Assembly: GCA_039698055.1 (NCBI GenBank)
Contig: JBDKTL010000026.1
Span: 1-35,743 of the forward strand
Length of the DNA stretch: 35,743 nucleotides
DNA from: Methanoregula sp.
GTDB lineage: Archaea; Halobacteriota; Methanomicrobia; Methanomicrobiales; Methanospirillaceae
Direction of reading: 5' to 3'
The notes below the pieces were generated by a model. The model searched no databases. It saw only the letters and a list, made by a program, of their open reading frames with translations, and was not told the origin of the DNA. The position numbers were made by a program, and so were the translations under genes. Of this stretch, positions 9,766-20,177 are shown piece by piece (positions within the stretch are counted from its first letter, which is position 1; the number at the start of each line of letters is the position of its first letter).

Positions 9766-11064
9766 TCAGTGTTTTCCCTGTGTACCCGTGAACTGCGCCA
9801 GCCGTGCCATTACCTCTTCGGGTGTTCTTTGCAGGGGATCAGCCTGGTGCGGGAAAATCCGGTTGCCCCGGCGTGTCCCGCAGATCCGCAGATCCGATCC
9901 ATGGGGGAATTCTCCCTCAACGATGAAACGCTCCTTCCCGTTATCAATGAATATGCACCCGTTGCCCGCAATAATTGTTCCGGAAAATACCATCTCGTGC
10001 GATACCTCTTCTGGGACATTCAGGATGCTTCCTCTCCCGACGCCAAGTTCAATGCCGCCAAACCGTCCGGCTTTGGCAGACGCATGATAGATCTCAAGGC
10101 GGTCTCCGGGCGAAATGGCGGTAAGTGCCTTGTCCCCCCAGAGAACGACCCGGATCTCATCCCTGTCATCGCCAATGCACAGGTTTCGCACCCATGACGA
10201 TGAACCATCCCGGGACACAAACGAGTGCGGCTCCTGCACCGTTTTTACCGTCCCCTTCACGGAATAGAATCCCTGGTCGCTGACAGACCCAACCGGGGTA
10301 AACGGGACCTCAATTTGCCGATCGGTGACCGTGACCGTACTTTTTTCATCGATACTATACGCCCTGCCTTCACCCCGGTTGTTGGGTTTTGCCCCGGTAA
10401 TATGCACAAAAGAACCCGGGGCAATACCGGTAAGGAGGTCGGGATTCCATGCAACTAGCCGTGCCGTGCCGTTGTTGTCCCCGATAACACCTTCAACCAT
10501 TTCAGCAGTGCTTCCGTCCCGCCGGGCAAACGTTCGTGGAGTGTCGATGCCAAGAATCTTCACGTCCAGATCGACCGGTTCTGACGAGAGACTTCCGCCG
10601 GACCCATTTACCGGAACCGTGCAGGTTATCTCACACGTGGCTTTTCGCAGGGCAAGCGCGTAAATCTCTTTTGCACCCCTGCCGGCAGACCGCCCGATGA
10701 TCTCAAGGACGTCGCCAATCGCAATCTCCACTGCCGCCCCGGCTTTTTCATCCCAGAGAACAATGCGGACAGACCCGGTTTCATCCCCAAGCAGCAGGGT
10801 GGCAACCCAGCCTTTTTCGCCATCCCTGCGGTCAAATTCGTGCGGCTCGGTTTTGTCGATGACTTTCCCAAAAAAAGAGAACAGGCTGGATTTGCCCGAC
10901 AGCTCCCGGATCTTTACATGCTGGCGCCCGAGTTCGCCGACCACAAGCATTGCCGCAGTCGGTTCATCGATAAGATCCCCGCACTCATCGATTTTCGTGT
11001 CTACGCGCCGCTCAAACTCTTCTTTTGAGATAAGATCGTCGACAAGCGCGTAGTGGAAGAGCAC
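9766..11064 (-). CDS. rpa: Replication protein A / multi-OB-fold ssDNA-binding protein
   Basis: Three OB repeats (EFDRRDGEKG...GDETGSVRIVLW; TFARRDGS...GDNNGTARLVAW; SFVSRDGS...GDDRDEIRVVLW), immediately upstream of radA. Confidence 0.85.
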   Translation of the reverse strand: MLFHYALVDDLISKEEFERRVDTKIDECGDLIDEPTAAMLVVGELGRQHVKIRELSGKSSLFSFFGKVIDKTEPHEFDRRDGEKGWVATLLLGDETGSVRIVLWDEKAGAAVEIAIGDVLEIIGRSAGRGAKEIYALALRKATCEITCTVPVNGSGGSLSSEPVDLDVKILGIDTPRTFARRDGSTAEMVEGVIGDNNGTARLVAWNPDLLTGIAPGSFVHITGAKPNNRGEGRAYSIDEKSTVTVTDRQIEVPFTPVGSVSDQGFYSVKGTVKTVQEPHSFVSRDGSSSWVRNLCIGDDRDEIRVVLWGDKALTAISPGDRLEIYHASAKAGRFGGIELGVGRGSILNVPEEVSHEMVFSGTIIAGNGCIFIDNGKERFIVEGEFPHGSDLRICGTRRGNRIFPHQADPLQRTPEEVMARLAQFTGTQGKH

Positions 11065-11083
11065 GGGCTGGCGCCTCCTCCCG

Positions 11084-12376
11084 CTACTGCTGCCATGGCG
11101 GGCGCTGCATCGTACCGGTAATATCCCCGATAGTCTCGCCGCGGCGCATCAGTGCCACATCGTTACCCTTAATAAGCACTTCCGGGCACCGGGGGCGGCC
11201 GTTATATTGCGAGGACATCGCGTAGCCATAGGCACCGGCATCGAGGACGGCAATGATATTTCCCGCCGCAAGTTCCGGCAGCCGGCGGTCCGGCGCAAGA
11301 ATATCTCCCGTTTCACAGATCGGCCCGGTGACGGTATATTCGGTCGTGAGGGCGGCATCGGCCTTGTCAGCAGCGATCACCTCATGGTAGGCGTCGTACA
11401 TTGCCGGGCGGATCAGCAGGTTAAACCCTGCATCGACATTGGCGAACCGTTTGTGTGCGGTCTTGGTGGAGTTGACCCGGGTGAGGAGCACGGTTGAATC
11501 GGCGACCAGTGAACGCCCCGGCTCTACCCAGAGTTCGGGTGCGATCCCACACGCTTCGATACCGGCTTTGAATATGGGAATAACCTTTGCCGCATAATCT
11601 TCTGCGGTTGGAGCCGGATCGGTGTCATGGTGATAGGGAATGCCCAGCCCGCCACCGATATCGATGAACTCAAGCTTCACGCCCATACCGGTGAGTTCTT
11701 GTGCGATCCTGACCATGACCTCCGCTGCCCGGGCAAAGGGTTCCACATCGAGGATCTGCGAACCGATATGGCAGTGAATCCCGACCGGCCTGATGTTTTT
11801 GCAGGCAAGCGCCTCCTGGTATGCCGCCGGGATCTCTTCGTGGGGGATACCAAACTTGCTGGTTTTAAGCCCTGTTGCAATCTTCGGGTGCGTCGGGACT
11901 TCCAGTGCCGGGTTGACCCGGAACGCGATCTGTGCGATCTTTCCTGCCGCCCGTGCCGCCGCATCGAGCTGGTGGAGTTCATCCAGTGAATCCACCGAAA
12001 CTTTCACGTCTTTTTCTACCGCAAGGCTGAGGTCGCCGGGCGTTTTTGAACTCCCGTTAAAAAGCAGTCGTTCCGGCCGCATGCCGGCGTCCAGCGCAAG
12101 GTGGAGTTCCCCTGATGAGAATACATCAGCACCGGCACCGAGTCTGCCAAGTGCCCTCATCAGCGCAAGATTGCCATTTGCCTTAGCTGCAAAGAGCACC
12201 TGGACCTTCGGGTACCGGCTCACAAGCGCCGTTTTGAAACTCTGGAATTGTTCGCAGACACGGTCTTCACTGGTCACGTAGAGCGGTGTGCCATATTTTT
12301 CCGCGAGTGCGACACAGTCCTGTCCTCCGATATGCAGGTGACCGTTACTGATGGTAATATGGTGGGGTAGTTTCAC
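11084..12376 (-). CDS. lysA: Diaminopimelate decarboxylase
   Basis: YGTPLYV, FAAKAN (PLP Lys), HCHIGSQ, DIGGGLG, EPGRSLV, GPICETGD, GAYGYAMSSQYNGRPR. Confidence 0.96.
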   Translation of the reverse strand: MKLPHHITISNGHLHIGGQDCVALAEKYGTPLYVTSEDRVCEQFQSFKTALVSRYPKVQVLFAAKANGNLALMRALGRLGAGADVFSSGELHLALDAGMRPERLLFNGSSKTPGDLSLAVEKDVKVSVDSLDELHQLDAAARAAGKIAQIAFRVNPALEVPTHPKIATGLKTSKFGIPHEEIPAAYQEALACKNIRPVGIHCHIGSQILDVEPFARAAEVMVRIAQELTGMGVKLEFIDIGGGLGIPYHHDTDPAPTAEDYAAKVIPIFKAGIEACGIAPELWVEPGRSLVADSTVLLTRVNSTKTAHKRFANVDAGFNLLIRPAMYDAYHEVIAADKADAALTTEYTVTGPICETGDILAPDRRLPELAAGNIIAVLDAGAYGYAMSSQYNGRPRCPEVLIKGNDVALMRRGETIGDITGTMQRPPWQQ

Positions 12377-13521
12377 AGGTCAAGCCTCCTCATCCGTTCA
12401 ATTGCCTCTTGTATCCGTGCAACCGGCCGGGTAATGGCAAACCGCACATATCCCTCTCCGCTTGAACCAAACCCGACGCCCGGTGTTGCCACGATCCCTG
12501 CCTCGTCAAGCAGTTTTGCCGCAAACGCCATGCAGTCGTCCACCGGCAGCCAGATATAGAATGTCGCTTTTGGCAGGGGCACGTCAAAACCAAGGTCCCG
12601 CAGCCCGGCTATCAGCACATCCCTTCGCTCCTGGTAAATGGCGCACGCCTCCCTGACACAGTCCTGCGGCCCGGTTAAGGCAGTAATCGCCGCGTGCTGG
12701 ACCGCGTTGAACACGCCTGAGTCCACGTTGGTCTTGACCCGCCCCAGACCGGAAAGGATCTCCGGGTTGCCGACTGCCATACCAATCCGCCAGCCGGTCA
12801 TGTTGTAGGTCTTTGAGAGCGAGTGCATCTCGATACCCACATCCATGGCACCGTCGGTCTCAAGGAACGAAGGCGCACGATAGCCATCATACGCGATCTC
12901 GGAGTACGCATTGTCCGAGACGACGACGATATTGTGTTCACGGGCAAAGTCCACAACTTCTTTGTAAAACCCTGCCGGTGCTATTGCTGCCGTCGGGTTG
13001 TTGGGGTAGTTGATGAACATGAGTTTTGCAGATTTCAGCACTTTTTTTGGGATATCATCGAGAACCGGAAGGAAGTTGTTCTCACAGGAAAGCGGCATCT
13101 CGTGCACATTTCCCTCGGCAAAGAGCGTTCCGGTCCGGTATACCGGGTACCCGGGGCTTGGAGCGAGCACGTAGTCTCCGGGATTGACAAATGCTTCTGC
13201 AATATGGGCGATACCGTCTTTTGAGCCCATGAGTGCAAGCGTCTCTTTCATCGGCTCAAGGGAAACGCCAAATCGTGTCTTATACCATGCGGCAACTGCC
13301 TGCCGGTATTGAGGCATACCGTTATAGGATGGGTAGTGGTGATTATCCGGGTTCTGCGCCGCTGCACAGAGTGAAGCGACGATGTGAGGGGGGGTGGGGA
13401 GATCCGGGTCTCCGACACCGAGGTCAATGATATCAACGCCTTTTTTTTGCTGAGCTGCTTTCATCTCGTCAATCCGGGCAAAAAGGTACGGCGGGAGATT
13501 ACTCATGCGGTCTGCGTACAT
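12373..13521 (-). CDS. dapL: LL-diaminopimelate aminotransferase
   Basis: PPYLFARID, DLGVGDPD, GSKDGI, NYPNNPT, DNAYSE, SLSKTYNMTGWRIG; 4-bp overlap with lysA. Confidence 0.88.
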   Translation of the reverse strand: MYADRMSNLPPYLFARIDEMKAAQQKKGVDIIDLGVGDPDLPTPPHIVASLCAAAQNPDNHHYPSYNGMPQYRQAVAAWYKTRFGVSLEPMKETLALMGSKDGIAHIAEAFVNPGDYVLAPSPGYPVYRTGTLFAEGNVHEMPLSCENNFLPVLDDIPKKVLKSAKLMFINYPNNPTAAIAPAGFYKEVVDFAREHNIVVVSDNAYSEIAYDGYRAPSFLETDGAMDVGIEMHSLSKTYNMTGWRIGMAVGNPEILSGLGRVKTNVDSGVFNAVQHAAITALTGPQDCVREACAIYQERRDVLIAGLRDLGFDVPLPKATFYIWLPVDDCMAFAAKLLDEAGIVATPGVGFGSSGEGYVRFAITRPVARIQEAIERMRRLDL

Positions 13522-13655
13522 AGGTAGTACCTGTTTGTCTTTTGGATGTATAGTAATTAACGATCACCGGAATGAACGTCGGAAAGGTAAAAAAGTATGA
13601 TCAGCTTATTGCCCTTACCTCCGTACATAGGAACAAAGGAGTGTGCGACTGGCAT

Positions 13656-13994
13656 ATGACTGAGATAAGCAAAGATTCCCCGCCCGAAATTGTTGTTGTT
13701 TTCTGCACTGCACCGCACGATGCTTCAGAGTCCATGGCACGGGAACTGGTTGGACAGCGGAGGGTTGCCTGCGTCAATGTAACTCCTGTGCGATCCTTCT
13801 ACCGGTGGAAGGACGAGTTCTGTGCGGATAATGAAGACCTGCTCATGGCAAAGATCCCAAAAAAAGATTCTGCCGCAGTAATCGCCCACATAAAATCCAT
13901 CCACCCGTATGAACTGCCGGAGATCATTGTTCTTCCGGTAGTCTCAGGATATGTGCCCTATCTCAACTGGGTGTACCAGGAAACCCAAACGTAA
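13656..13994 (+). CDS. cutA: Divalent-cation tolerance protein CutA
   Basis: VVFCTAP, RRVACVN, SFYRW, HPYELPEII, YLNWV. ATG 13656 preferred over 13572. Confidence 0.92.
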   Translation: MTEISKDSPPEIVVVFCTAPHDASESMARELVGQRRVACVNVTPVRSFYRWKDEFCADNEDLLMAKIPKKDSAAVIAHIKSIHPYELPEIIVLPVVSGYVPYLNWVYQETQT

Positions 13995-14109
13995 TTAAAA
14001 AAACCAGCGGGATTACGAGTGTGGCAATGGTGCGGTGTCGCGCCGATACACAAGGTTATTTCCTTATGACGAAAAAAGAACTGTACCAAACAGCAGGGAT
14101 TGATCACTA

Positions 14110-14583
14110 GTGTCTGGCGAAATCGCAGAACAACCGGGAACAGCGCTCCTTGTACTCGGGTGCCCACAGGTGCCGGTACAGACGAGCATCGCGCTCTACC
14201 TTATCCACCGTTTAAAAAAGGCCGGCATCGTACCGGTGGTCGCCGGCAACACATCGGCGAACACCCTGCTCGTTGTCGCCGATCCGGATCGCCATTATCT
14301 TGGGGAAGTCATGGACCTTGACCGGGCGATTGCCATGATCACCGAGAAAAAGCGGGATTTTGACCGGTGTTTTGTCTTTATCCACAACGATGCAGGCATC
14401 AGCTATGCTGCAACGATGAACGTGATCTCAAAAGCGAAATTATACACGCTGGTCTATGGCGAGCACCAGGACACGCTTGTCGGGCAGATTGATTTTCCCT
14501 GCATAAAAATTGCAGCAAAAGCCGTGCATAACCCCCTGCCGCTGAAAAAAGCAATCGACGAGGTGGCGCCATGGGCTGCGTAG
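14110..14583 (+). CDS. DUF1890-family methanogen protein
   Basis: ALLVLGCPQVPVQ, VADPDRHY, FIHNDAG, AVHNPLPL motifs. Confidence 0.85.
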   Translation: MSGEIAEQPGTALLVLGCPQVPVQTSIALYLIHRLKKAGIVPVVAGNTSANTLLVVADPDRHYLGEVMDLDRAIAMITEKKRDFDRCFVFIHNDAGISYAATMNVISKAKLYTLVYGEHQDTLVGQIDFPCIKIAAKAVHNPLPLKKAIDEVAPWAA

Positions 14584-14852
14584 AATCCATGAATTACGAG
14601 GTCCTGCTCCGCGATGGATCGTTTAAGGAATGCAGGGACTATATCAAAGAGCATTTCTCCGAATATATCGATGTCCAGCCGGGGTTCAAAGTCTTTGATA
14701 TCCATCTCATTGGTGTCCCCCCTATCGCGATTGGGCTTGACCATGACTTCATTATCTTTCCCTTTACAAAACCCTGCCATGGCACATTCCTGCTCCGGGT
14801 GGAAGATACCCTTGAGGCGGCACGGCTGCGTTCGATAAAAAAGGGCACGTGA
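14571..14852 (+). CDS. DUF1894-family methanogen protein
   Basis: MGCVESMNYEVLL...SFKEC...IGVPPI...FPFTKPCHGTFLL; overlaps DUF1890 as in the usual pair. Confidence 0.85.
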   Translation: MGCVESMNYEVLLRDGSFKECRDYIKEHFSEYIDVQPGFKVFDIHLIGVPPIAIGLDHDFIIFPFTKPCHGTFLLRVEDTLEAARLRSIKKGT

Positions 14853-15087
14853 ACAGCGATCACATTTACGGGATCCGGTTTTTTATAAATTCCTCAGTTG
14901 ACAGGAATGCCCCCACCAGATGCCTGCCACCTTTTTGCTGATAGAAAAATCCTTTCACGAAAAAAAATTCCGGTGCAGCCACAATGCTGGTTTTTTACCT
15001 CTTTCTCCGGGGGTCGGGAGAATCCATAGAGGGTATAAATAATATCTCGCTAAACATGTATACGTAATTTTATTGGGGTTTTGTACA

Positions 15088-15474
15088 ATGAGCAAAGGAA
15101 AAGTACTGTTGATGGATGATGAGCAGATTATCCTCGACGTTACCTATGAAGTACTTAAATTTCTTGGGTATGAAGTAGCCTTTGCAAAAGAAGGTGGCGC
15201 AGCTGTCGAGATGTACAAAAAAGAGAAAGCCGGGGATCATCCCTATGATCTGGTCATCCTTGACTTATCCATTCCTGACGGGATGAATGGCCGGGAAGCG
15301 ATTGAAAAACTCCGGGCTTTTGATCCTCACGTAAAAGCTATCGTATCCAGCGGGTACTCAAATGATGTGGTGATGCAGAATTACCCTGATTATGGTTTTT
15401 CCGGGCGACTTACGAAACCCTACCGGATTAACGAAATAAAATCCCTGCTCGAAGAGATGATCGGGCCAAAATAA
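15088..15474 (+). CDS. Stand-alone response regulator receiver (CheY-like)
   Basis: VLLMDDE, LVILDL (phospho-Asp), IVSSGY, LTKPY; ATG 15088. Confidence 0.92.
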   Translation: MSKGKVLLMDDEQIILDVTYEVLKFLGYEVAFAKEGGAAVEMYKKEKAGDHPYDLVILDLSIPDGMNGREAIEKLRAFDPHVKAIVSSGYSNDVVMQNYPDYGFSGRLTKPYRINEIKSLLEEMIGPK

Positions 15475-15488
15475 ACGATAAAAAACAA

Positions 15489-16391
15489 TTATTTTTTGGG
15501 TGATCTTTTAGCGGCAATTTTCTCGATTGCTTCTTCAGCAGCCTTGCGGACATACTCGTCCTTGTCCTCTTTGAGTATTTTAAGCGGCTCCAGTGCCCGC
15601 TTGTCCCCGATATTGCCCAAGGCGTCAGCGGCACCCCAGCGGACGTACCAGTCGCTGTTTTTCAATGACTCGATCAGGGTCTCCACCGGCGCTTCGCTCC
15701 CGAGTTTTCCAAGAGCCCATGAGGCAGGCACCTGCACAAACGAGTCTGACTCCTTTAATGCCTTCCCAAGACACATCGCCGCCCGCTTGTCCCCGATTTT
15801 TCCAAGGGCATCAGCGGCACTCCAGCGGACGTACCAGTCCTGGTCATTGACTGACTGGATGAGCGGTTCAACAGCACGGCTGTCCTTGATCTCGCCAAGC
15901 GCCCAGACTGCTCTCACCCGCACCCACCAGTTCCGGTCTTTTAATGCGAGGATCAGTGGTTCCACCGCGGGCTCGCCAATCATGGAAAGGGCAAGGGCAC
16001 TGCGCCACTGGACATCGTTGTCCCCCTCCCTCATCAGCTTGATCAGCGGAGCAATTGCCGGTTCACCCAGTTTTGCAAGGATCATTGAAGCATGCCAGCG
16101 GACATCAAAATCGTTTTCAATCATCGCCCGGACAAGCTGGGGAATTGCCGCATCCCCCATACGTGCAAGTGCCAGTTCGGCAAGCCAGCGGACATCATGA
16201 TCGTTTTCCTTTAAAGCCCTCATCAGCGGTTTGATTGCCGGCTCCCCGATGTCACCCAGCGCCAGTGCCGCACGCCACCGGATACCAAGGTTGGTATGCC
16301 GCATCGCTTTTATCAGTCCATCCATATCCATGCCGCTGGTGCTGTGGACATAGTACGCTTTTTTATCGTACATCAGTCCATTTGAATTCAT
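15489..16391 (-). CDS. HEAT/PBS-lyase repeat protein
   Basis: About nine 31-aa repeats of the type D..VRW.AA.ALG.IGD..A..PLI..L. Confidence 0.92.
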   Translation of the reverse strand: MNSNGLMYDKKAYYVHSTSGMDMDGLIKAMRHTNLGIRWRAALALGDIGEPAIKPLMRALKENDHDVRWLAELALARMGDAAIPQLVRAMIENDFDVRWHASMILAKLGEPAIAPLIKLMREGDNDVQWRSALALSMIGEPAVEPLILALKDRNWWVRVRAVWALGEIKDSRAVEPLIQSVNDQDWYVRWSAADALGKIGDKRAAMCLGKALKESDSFVQVPASWALGKLGSEAPVETLIESLKNSDWYVRWGAADALGNIGDKRALEPLKILKEDKDEYVRKAAEEAIEKIAAKRSPKK

Positions 16392-16693
16392 TGCACTACC
16401 ACCACTCCTCTTTTTAATTCATTTTTCCTTTTTTTTAGTAGATAATAAATTGTGTATGCCATTGAACCCGTGTTCGTGAAATTATTAAACCCGGAAAATA
16501 ATGTCTGGCACCTTATATAGAATTGTTCAATGATGCAGAAATATTTGAATATAACCATTTTAATAACCGGCGGGTTTCTCACCGGTGTTACCGGTTAGTT
16601 TTGCACATGAAAGAAATTCTGTTCCTAATGACCGCTATCCCAAACTTTTATCCCTTTCTGGCGGTATCTGAAAATAGAGGGGAGTCTTTTAGC

Positions 16694-18349
16694 GTGAAGG
16701 AAGTATCGGTGCTTGTCGGAGGCAAAGCCGGGGACGGTATCAATAATGCCGGGGCGATGATCGCCCGGATGTTTTCCCGCCTGGGGTATTATGTGTTCAT
16801 GTATTATGATTATCCGTCCCTGATACGGGGCGGGCACAATTTTGCCATCGTCCGGGCATCTGACCAGCCGGTAACCGTGCACCAGGACCGGGCTGATTTC
16901 ATTCTCGCTCTTGACCAGGAAACCGTGGATCTGCACCAGTCGCATTGCCCCGGCTGCACGCTTGTTATCAATTCCGACCGGGTAAAACCCGTCGATGGCG
17001 CTGTGGCGGTCTCTCTTGCATCACTTCTTGCCGCAGAAGCTGCACCACCCATTATGGGGAACTCCGCGATGCTTGGCGCATTTGCAAAAACGGCCGGGGT
17101 CCCGTGGGAGACCGTGGAGAGCGTATTTGTTGCCCATATGCCAAAATCTGAACAGAACCTCAGGGTCGCCCGTCGGGCATATGACCTTGTGCAGACCGTC
17201 CGTCCCGTGGAGCCGCTGCACCGGGCTGCACTCCCGCTCCTCACCGGGAATGAAGCGGTTGGCCTTGGCCTTGTCAGTGCCGGCCTTGCTGCCTACGTGT
17301 CGTATCCCATGACGCCCTCCTCAAGCCTGCTCCATTTCCTCGCCGAGCAACAAGAACGGTTTAGCCTGAAGGTGGTTCACCCCGAAAACGAGATTGCCGT
17401 TATCCTGATGGCGCTCGGGTTTGCGTATGCCGGTACACGGACTGCGGTGGGAACGTCGGGAGGCGGGTTCTGCCTGATGACCGAAGGGCTCTCGTTTGCC
17501 GGCATGGCGGAATTTCCTGTCGTGATTGTCATGTCGCAGCGGACCGGGCCTTCCACCGGGCTTCCGACCTATTCCGGGCAGGCGGACCTTCATTTTGTGC
17601 GATCGGCCGGGCAGGGAGAGTTTCCCCGCCTTGTTGTTGCCCCCGCAGATGCGGATGAGGCGTATGCATGGTCAAAAATCGCCATGGACTGTGCATGGGC
17701 GTTCCAAGTTCCAGCCTTTATTCTCATCGATAAAATGCTCTCTGAAGGGACGTACAGTTTCACCCATGGCAGCACCCATGACGGGACACCGGCTGAGCCT
17801 GCCCGAAATGACCCTGCGATGCCCTATGCCCGGTACCGGGATATGCCGGATGGGATTTCTCCGCTTGCTTTCCCGGGAACGAAGGGAGCGATTGTCAAGG
17901 CTAACAGTTATGCTCACGATGAGGATGGTATCACGACGGAAGAGTCAGCCGTTGTCCTGAAGATGGCACACAAGCGCATGAGAAAGGAAGAGCAGCTCGT
18001 CAGCGGACTGGACCGGTATCGCACGGTAAACGTGCTTGGAACCCGGGATGCGTCCACCGCCCTTCTCTGCTGGGGCTCCACGCGGGGCACCTGTGGTGAA
18101 GCAGCTGCCCATCTTGGCCTGCGGGTTGTGCAGCCGGTGGTCCTCTCCCCGTTCCCCGAGCGGCAGGTAAAAGAGGCACTGTCGGGCGCAACACGGGTGA
18201 TCGCAGTCGAGGAGAATGCAACCGGCCAGCTGGCGGCAGTTGCACGACAGTACGGGATCCCATCCGATGCTGTTATCCTGAAATATGACGGGAGACCGTT
18301 TACCCCCGACGAATTATATGAACGGATACAGGAGGTGATGCACTCATGA
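16694..18349 (+). CDS. 2-oxoacid:acceptor oxidoreductase alpha subunit (gamma-alpha fusion)
   Basis: VLVGGKAGDGI, DYPSLIRGGHN, YPMTPSS, ENEIA, GTSGGGF, QRTGPSTGLPT. GTG 16694 after a GAGGGGAG RBS is preferred over 16523. Confidence 0.92.
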   Translation: MKEVSVLVGGKAGDGINNAGAMIARMFSRLGYYVFMYYDYPSLIRGGHNFAIVRASDQPVTVHQDRADFILALDQETVDLHQSHCPGCTLVINSDRVKPVDGAVAVSLASLLAAEAAPPIMGNSAMLGAFAKTAGVPWETVESVFVAHMPKSEQNLRVARRAYDLVQTVRPVEPLHRAALPLLTGNEAVGLGLVSAGLAAYVSYPMTPSSSLLHFLAEQQERFSLKVVHPENEIAVILMALGFAYAGTRTAVGTSGGGFCLMTEGLSFAGMAEFPVVIVMSQRTGPSTGLPTYSGQADLHFVRSAGQGEFPRLVVAPADADEAYAWSKIAMDCAWAFQVPAFILIDKMLSEGTYSFTHGSTHDGTPAEPARNDPAMPYARYRDMPDGISPLAFPGTKGAIVKANSYAHDEDGITTEESAVVLKMAHKRMRKEEQLVSGLDRYRTVNVLGTRDASTALLCWGSTRGTCGEAAAHLGLRVVQPVVLSPFPERQVKEALSGATRVIAVEENATGQLAAVARQYGIPSDAVILKYDGRPFTPDELYERIQEVMHS

Positions 18350-19194
18350 CCCGCACACTTATCACCGGTGCACAGAATACCTGGTGCCCGGGCTGCGGGA
18401 ACTTCACGATCCAGCACACGCTCAAGAATGTGCTTGCAAAATGGGAAAACGAAGGAAAATCCCCCGATGAGGTCGTGCTCGTCACCGGCATCGGCTGCCA
18501 TGCAAAGATGGCCGACTACCTCAACATCAACAGCGTCTATACGCTTCACGGCCGGACAATCCCGGTTGCTACTGGGATAAAACTTGCAAATCCCGACCTT
18601 ACCGTTATCTGCTGTGCGGGTGACGGCGATGCGTATGCCGAGGGGCTCGATCATCTGATCTTTGCAGCAAAACGCAACATCGATATCACCCTCATCGTAC
18701 ACAACAACCGGGTATACGGGCTTACCACCGGGCAGTACACCCCGACATCCCCGCTGGGATTCAAAGGAAAATCAACCCCCTTTGGCACTACCGAATATCC
18801 CTTCAACCCAGTCGAACTCATGCTGGCATCGGGAGCGACGTACATCGCACGCGGCTACACAAAAAAGATGGAACTCCTGGAGACCTTGATCCATGACGGG
18901 CTTACCCACAAGGGATTTGCTTTTGTCGATGTGCTCCAGATCTGTGCGACGTTCTTTAACATGACTGACTATTACCAGTCCCGGGTCTACGAGGTGCAAG
19001 GTCACGACGCATCGGATTTTGAGGCAGCCTGTAAAAAAGCCCGCGAGTGGGATTACAGCCGTGACGCACCCATTGCGCTTGGCAGGATTTACCAGCGGAC
19101 ACTTCCGACGTTTGATTCACACTTCGCCACCCGTACCGTGACCCCGGCAGAACGGGAGCAGGGCATCGCGGCTCTTCTTAAAGAAAAAACCTGA
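18346..19194 (+). CDS. 2-oxoacid:ferredoxin oxidoreductase beta subunit (TPP-binding)
   Basis: WCPGCGN, GIGCH, LHGR, GDGD...NN TPP motif, YGLTTGQ; ATGA overlap with alpha. Confidence 0.93.
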   Translation: MTRTLITGAQNTWCPGCGNFTIQHTLKNVLAKWENEGKSPDEVVLVTGIGCHAKMADYLNINSVYTLHGRTIPVATGIKLANPDLTVICCAGDGDAYAEGLDHLIFAAKRNIDITLIVHNNRVYGLTTGQYTPTSPLGFKGKSTPFGTTEYPFNPVELMLASGATYIARGYTKKMELLETLIHDGLTHKGFAFVDVLQICATFFNMTDYYQSRVYEVQGHDASDFEAACKKAREWDYSRDAPIALGRIYQRTLPTFDSHFATRTVTPAEREQGIAALLKEKT

Positions 19195-19266
19195 TTTTTT
19201 TACCTGATTAAAAAAAAAGAAAAAGGTACATCAGGAAAACCGCTCTATCGTACAGCAGGAGCACTC

Positions 19267-20094
19267 ATGGAAACTACCGGAACCGGCACGAACGGCACTA
19301 CCCTGCCAAAAACTCCCCCCCTAGGATCGGCACTTGTCCGTTTGATCGTTATTCCCTTTGCTGTTTTTTTTATCTGGGTGTTTGAGAATTTTCTCCTGGA
19401 GGGCGGTATACAGATTTTTTCGCACAGCAACACGGGCGCTCTTGTCATCTACACGGTATTTTCCTGCATCATCGTCGGTATTCTTGTCCCGGTCATCTGC
19501 ATCCGGAAGTCGTTTTTATCAGGCGATGTGAACATGTTCCAGATCGGGTTTCGCTCGTTAAGGCGCACCCTGCCCGCATGCGCCGTTACCGGGCTTATTG
19601 CCTATGCCGGCATCGTTTTCTTTTCCCCGTTTGGACAAGACCGCATGGCAGGCATCACGGCATTCCTTCTACTCCTGCCGACGGCAATTGCGTCGGTCAT
19701 GGTCTGCTGGGTGCTGGTCGGAACACATATCCAGGCATTTTTCCGGCAGGGTGGCATGGCAGTCTCGATCCTCTATGGGGTGGTCGTGACGGCAATCTTT
19801 TTTGACTGCACCTCCTTTGCCCACGCCGGGTTAACGGGTGGAGGCACAAAATTTGCAGGCTTTTTCCTTATCGGGATCATTGTCGCGCTCTTCTTTTTTG
19901 CAGTACGGGATATCTATGCTTCAGCAATACTTTTAGCATCCTGCATGGTCTTCACCGGTGCCGGTTCACTTGATCTGCGCTACCTGTCGGCAGATGCCCT
20001 GCCCGTCTATGGCACTGCTCTCCTGACCGTTCTTGTGCTGGTGCTCGTTCACCGGTATTTTTTCCGGCATTACACCACCATCAGGATTCCATAA
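19267..20094 (+). CDS. Hypothetical polytopic membrane protein
   Basis: 275 aa with about 8 hydrophobic segments; AGGAG RBS upstream. Confidence 0.75.
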   Translation: METTGTGTNGTTLPKTPPLGSALVRLIVIPFAVFFIWVFENFLLEGGIQIFSHSNTGALVIYTVFSCIIVGILVPVICIRKSFLSGDVNMFQIGFRSLRRTLPACAVTGLIAYAGIVFFSPFGQDRMAGITAFLLLLPTAIASVMVCWVLVGTHIQAFFRQGGMAVSILYGVVVTAIFFDCTSFAHAGLTGGGTKFAGFFLIGIIVALFFFAVRDIYASAILLASCMVFTGAGSLDLRYLSADALPVYGTALLTVLVLVLVHRYFFRHYTTIRIP

Positions 20095-20177
20095 ATAATG
20101 AGATTTTTTAAAATCAGGCTGTTCCTGCAGGTTCAGCATAAATAATATTTATACATCAATGCGTGAAAAGTACCCGT

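Noticed and set aside
15496-16200. 234-aa antisense ORF over the HEAT gene, and similar long antisense ORFs over fen, radA, lysA and trkH
   Set aside because: Shadow frames caused by codon bias of well-supported genes on the opposite strand.
16523-16693. 57-aa N-terminal extension of the oxidoreductase alpha subunit
   Set aside because: AT-rich promoter-like sequence; family similarity begins at GTG 16694, which has an RBS.
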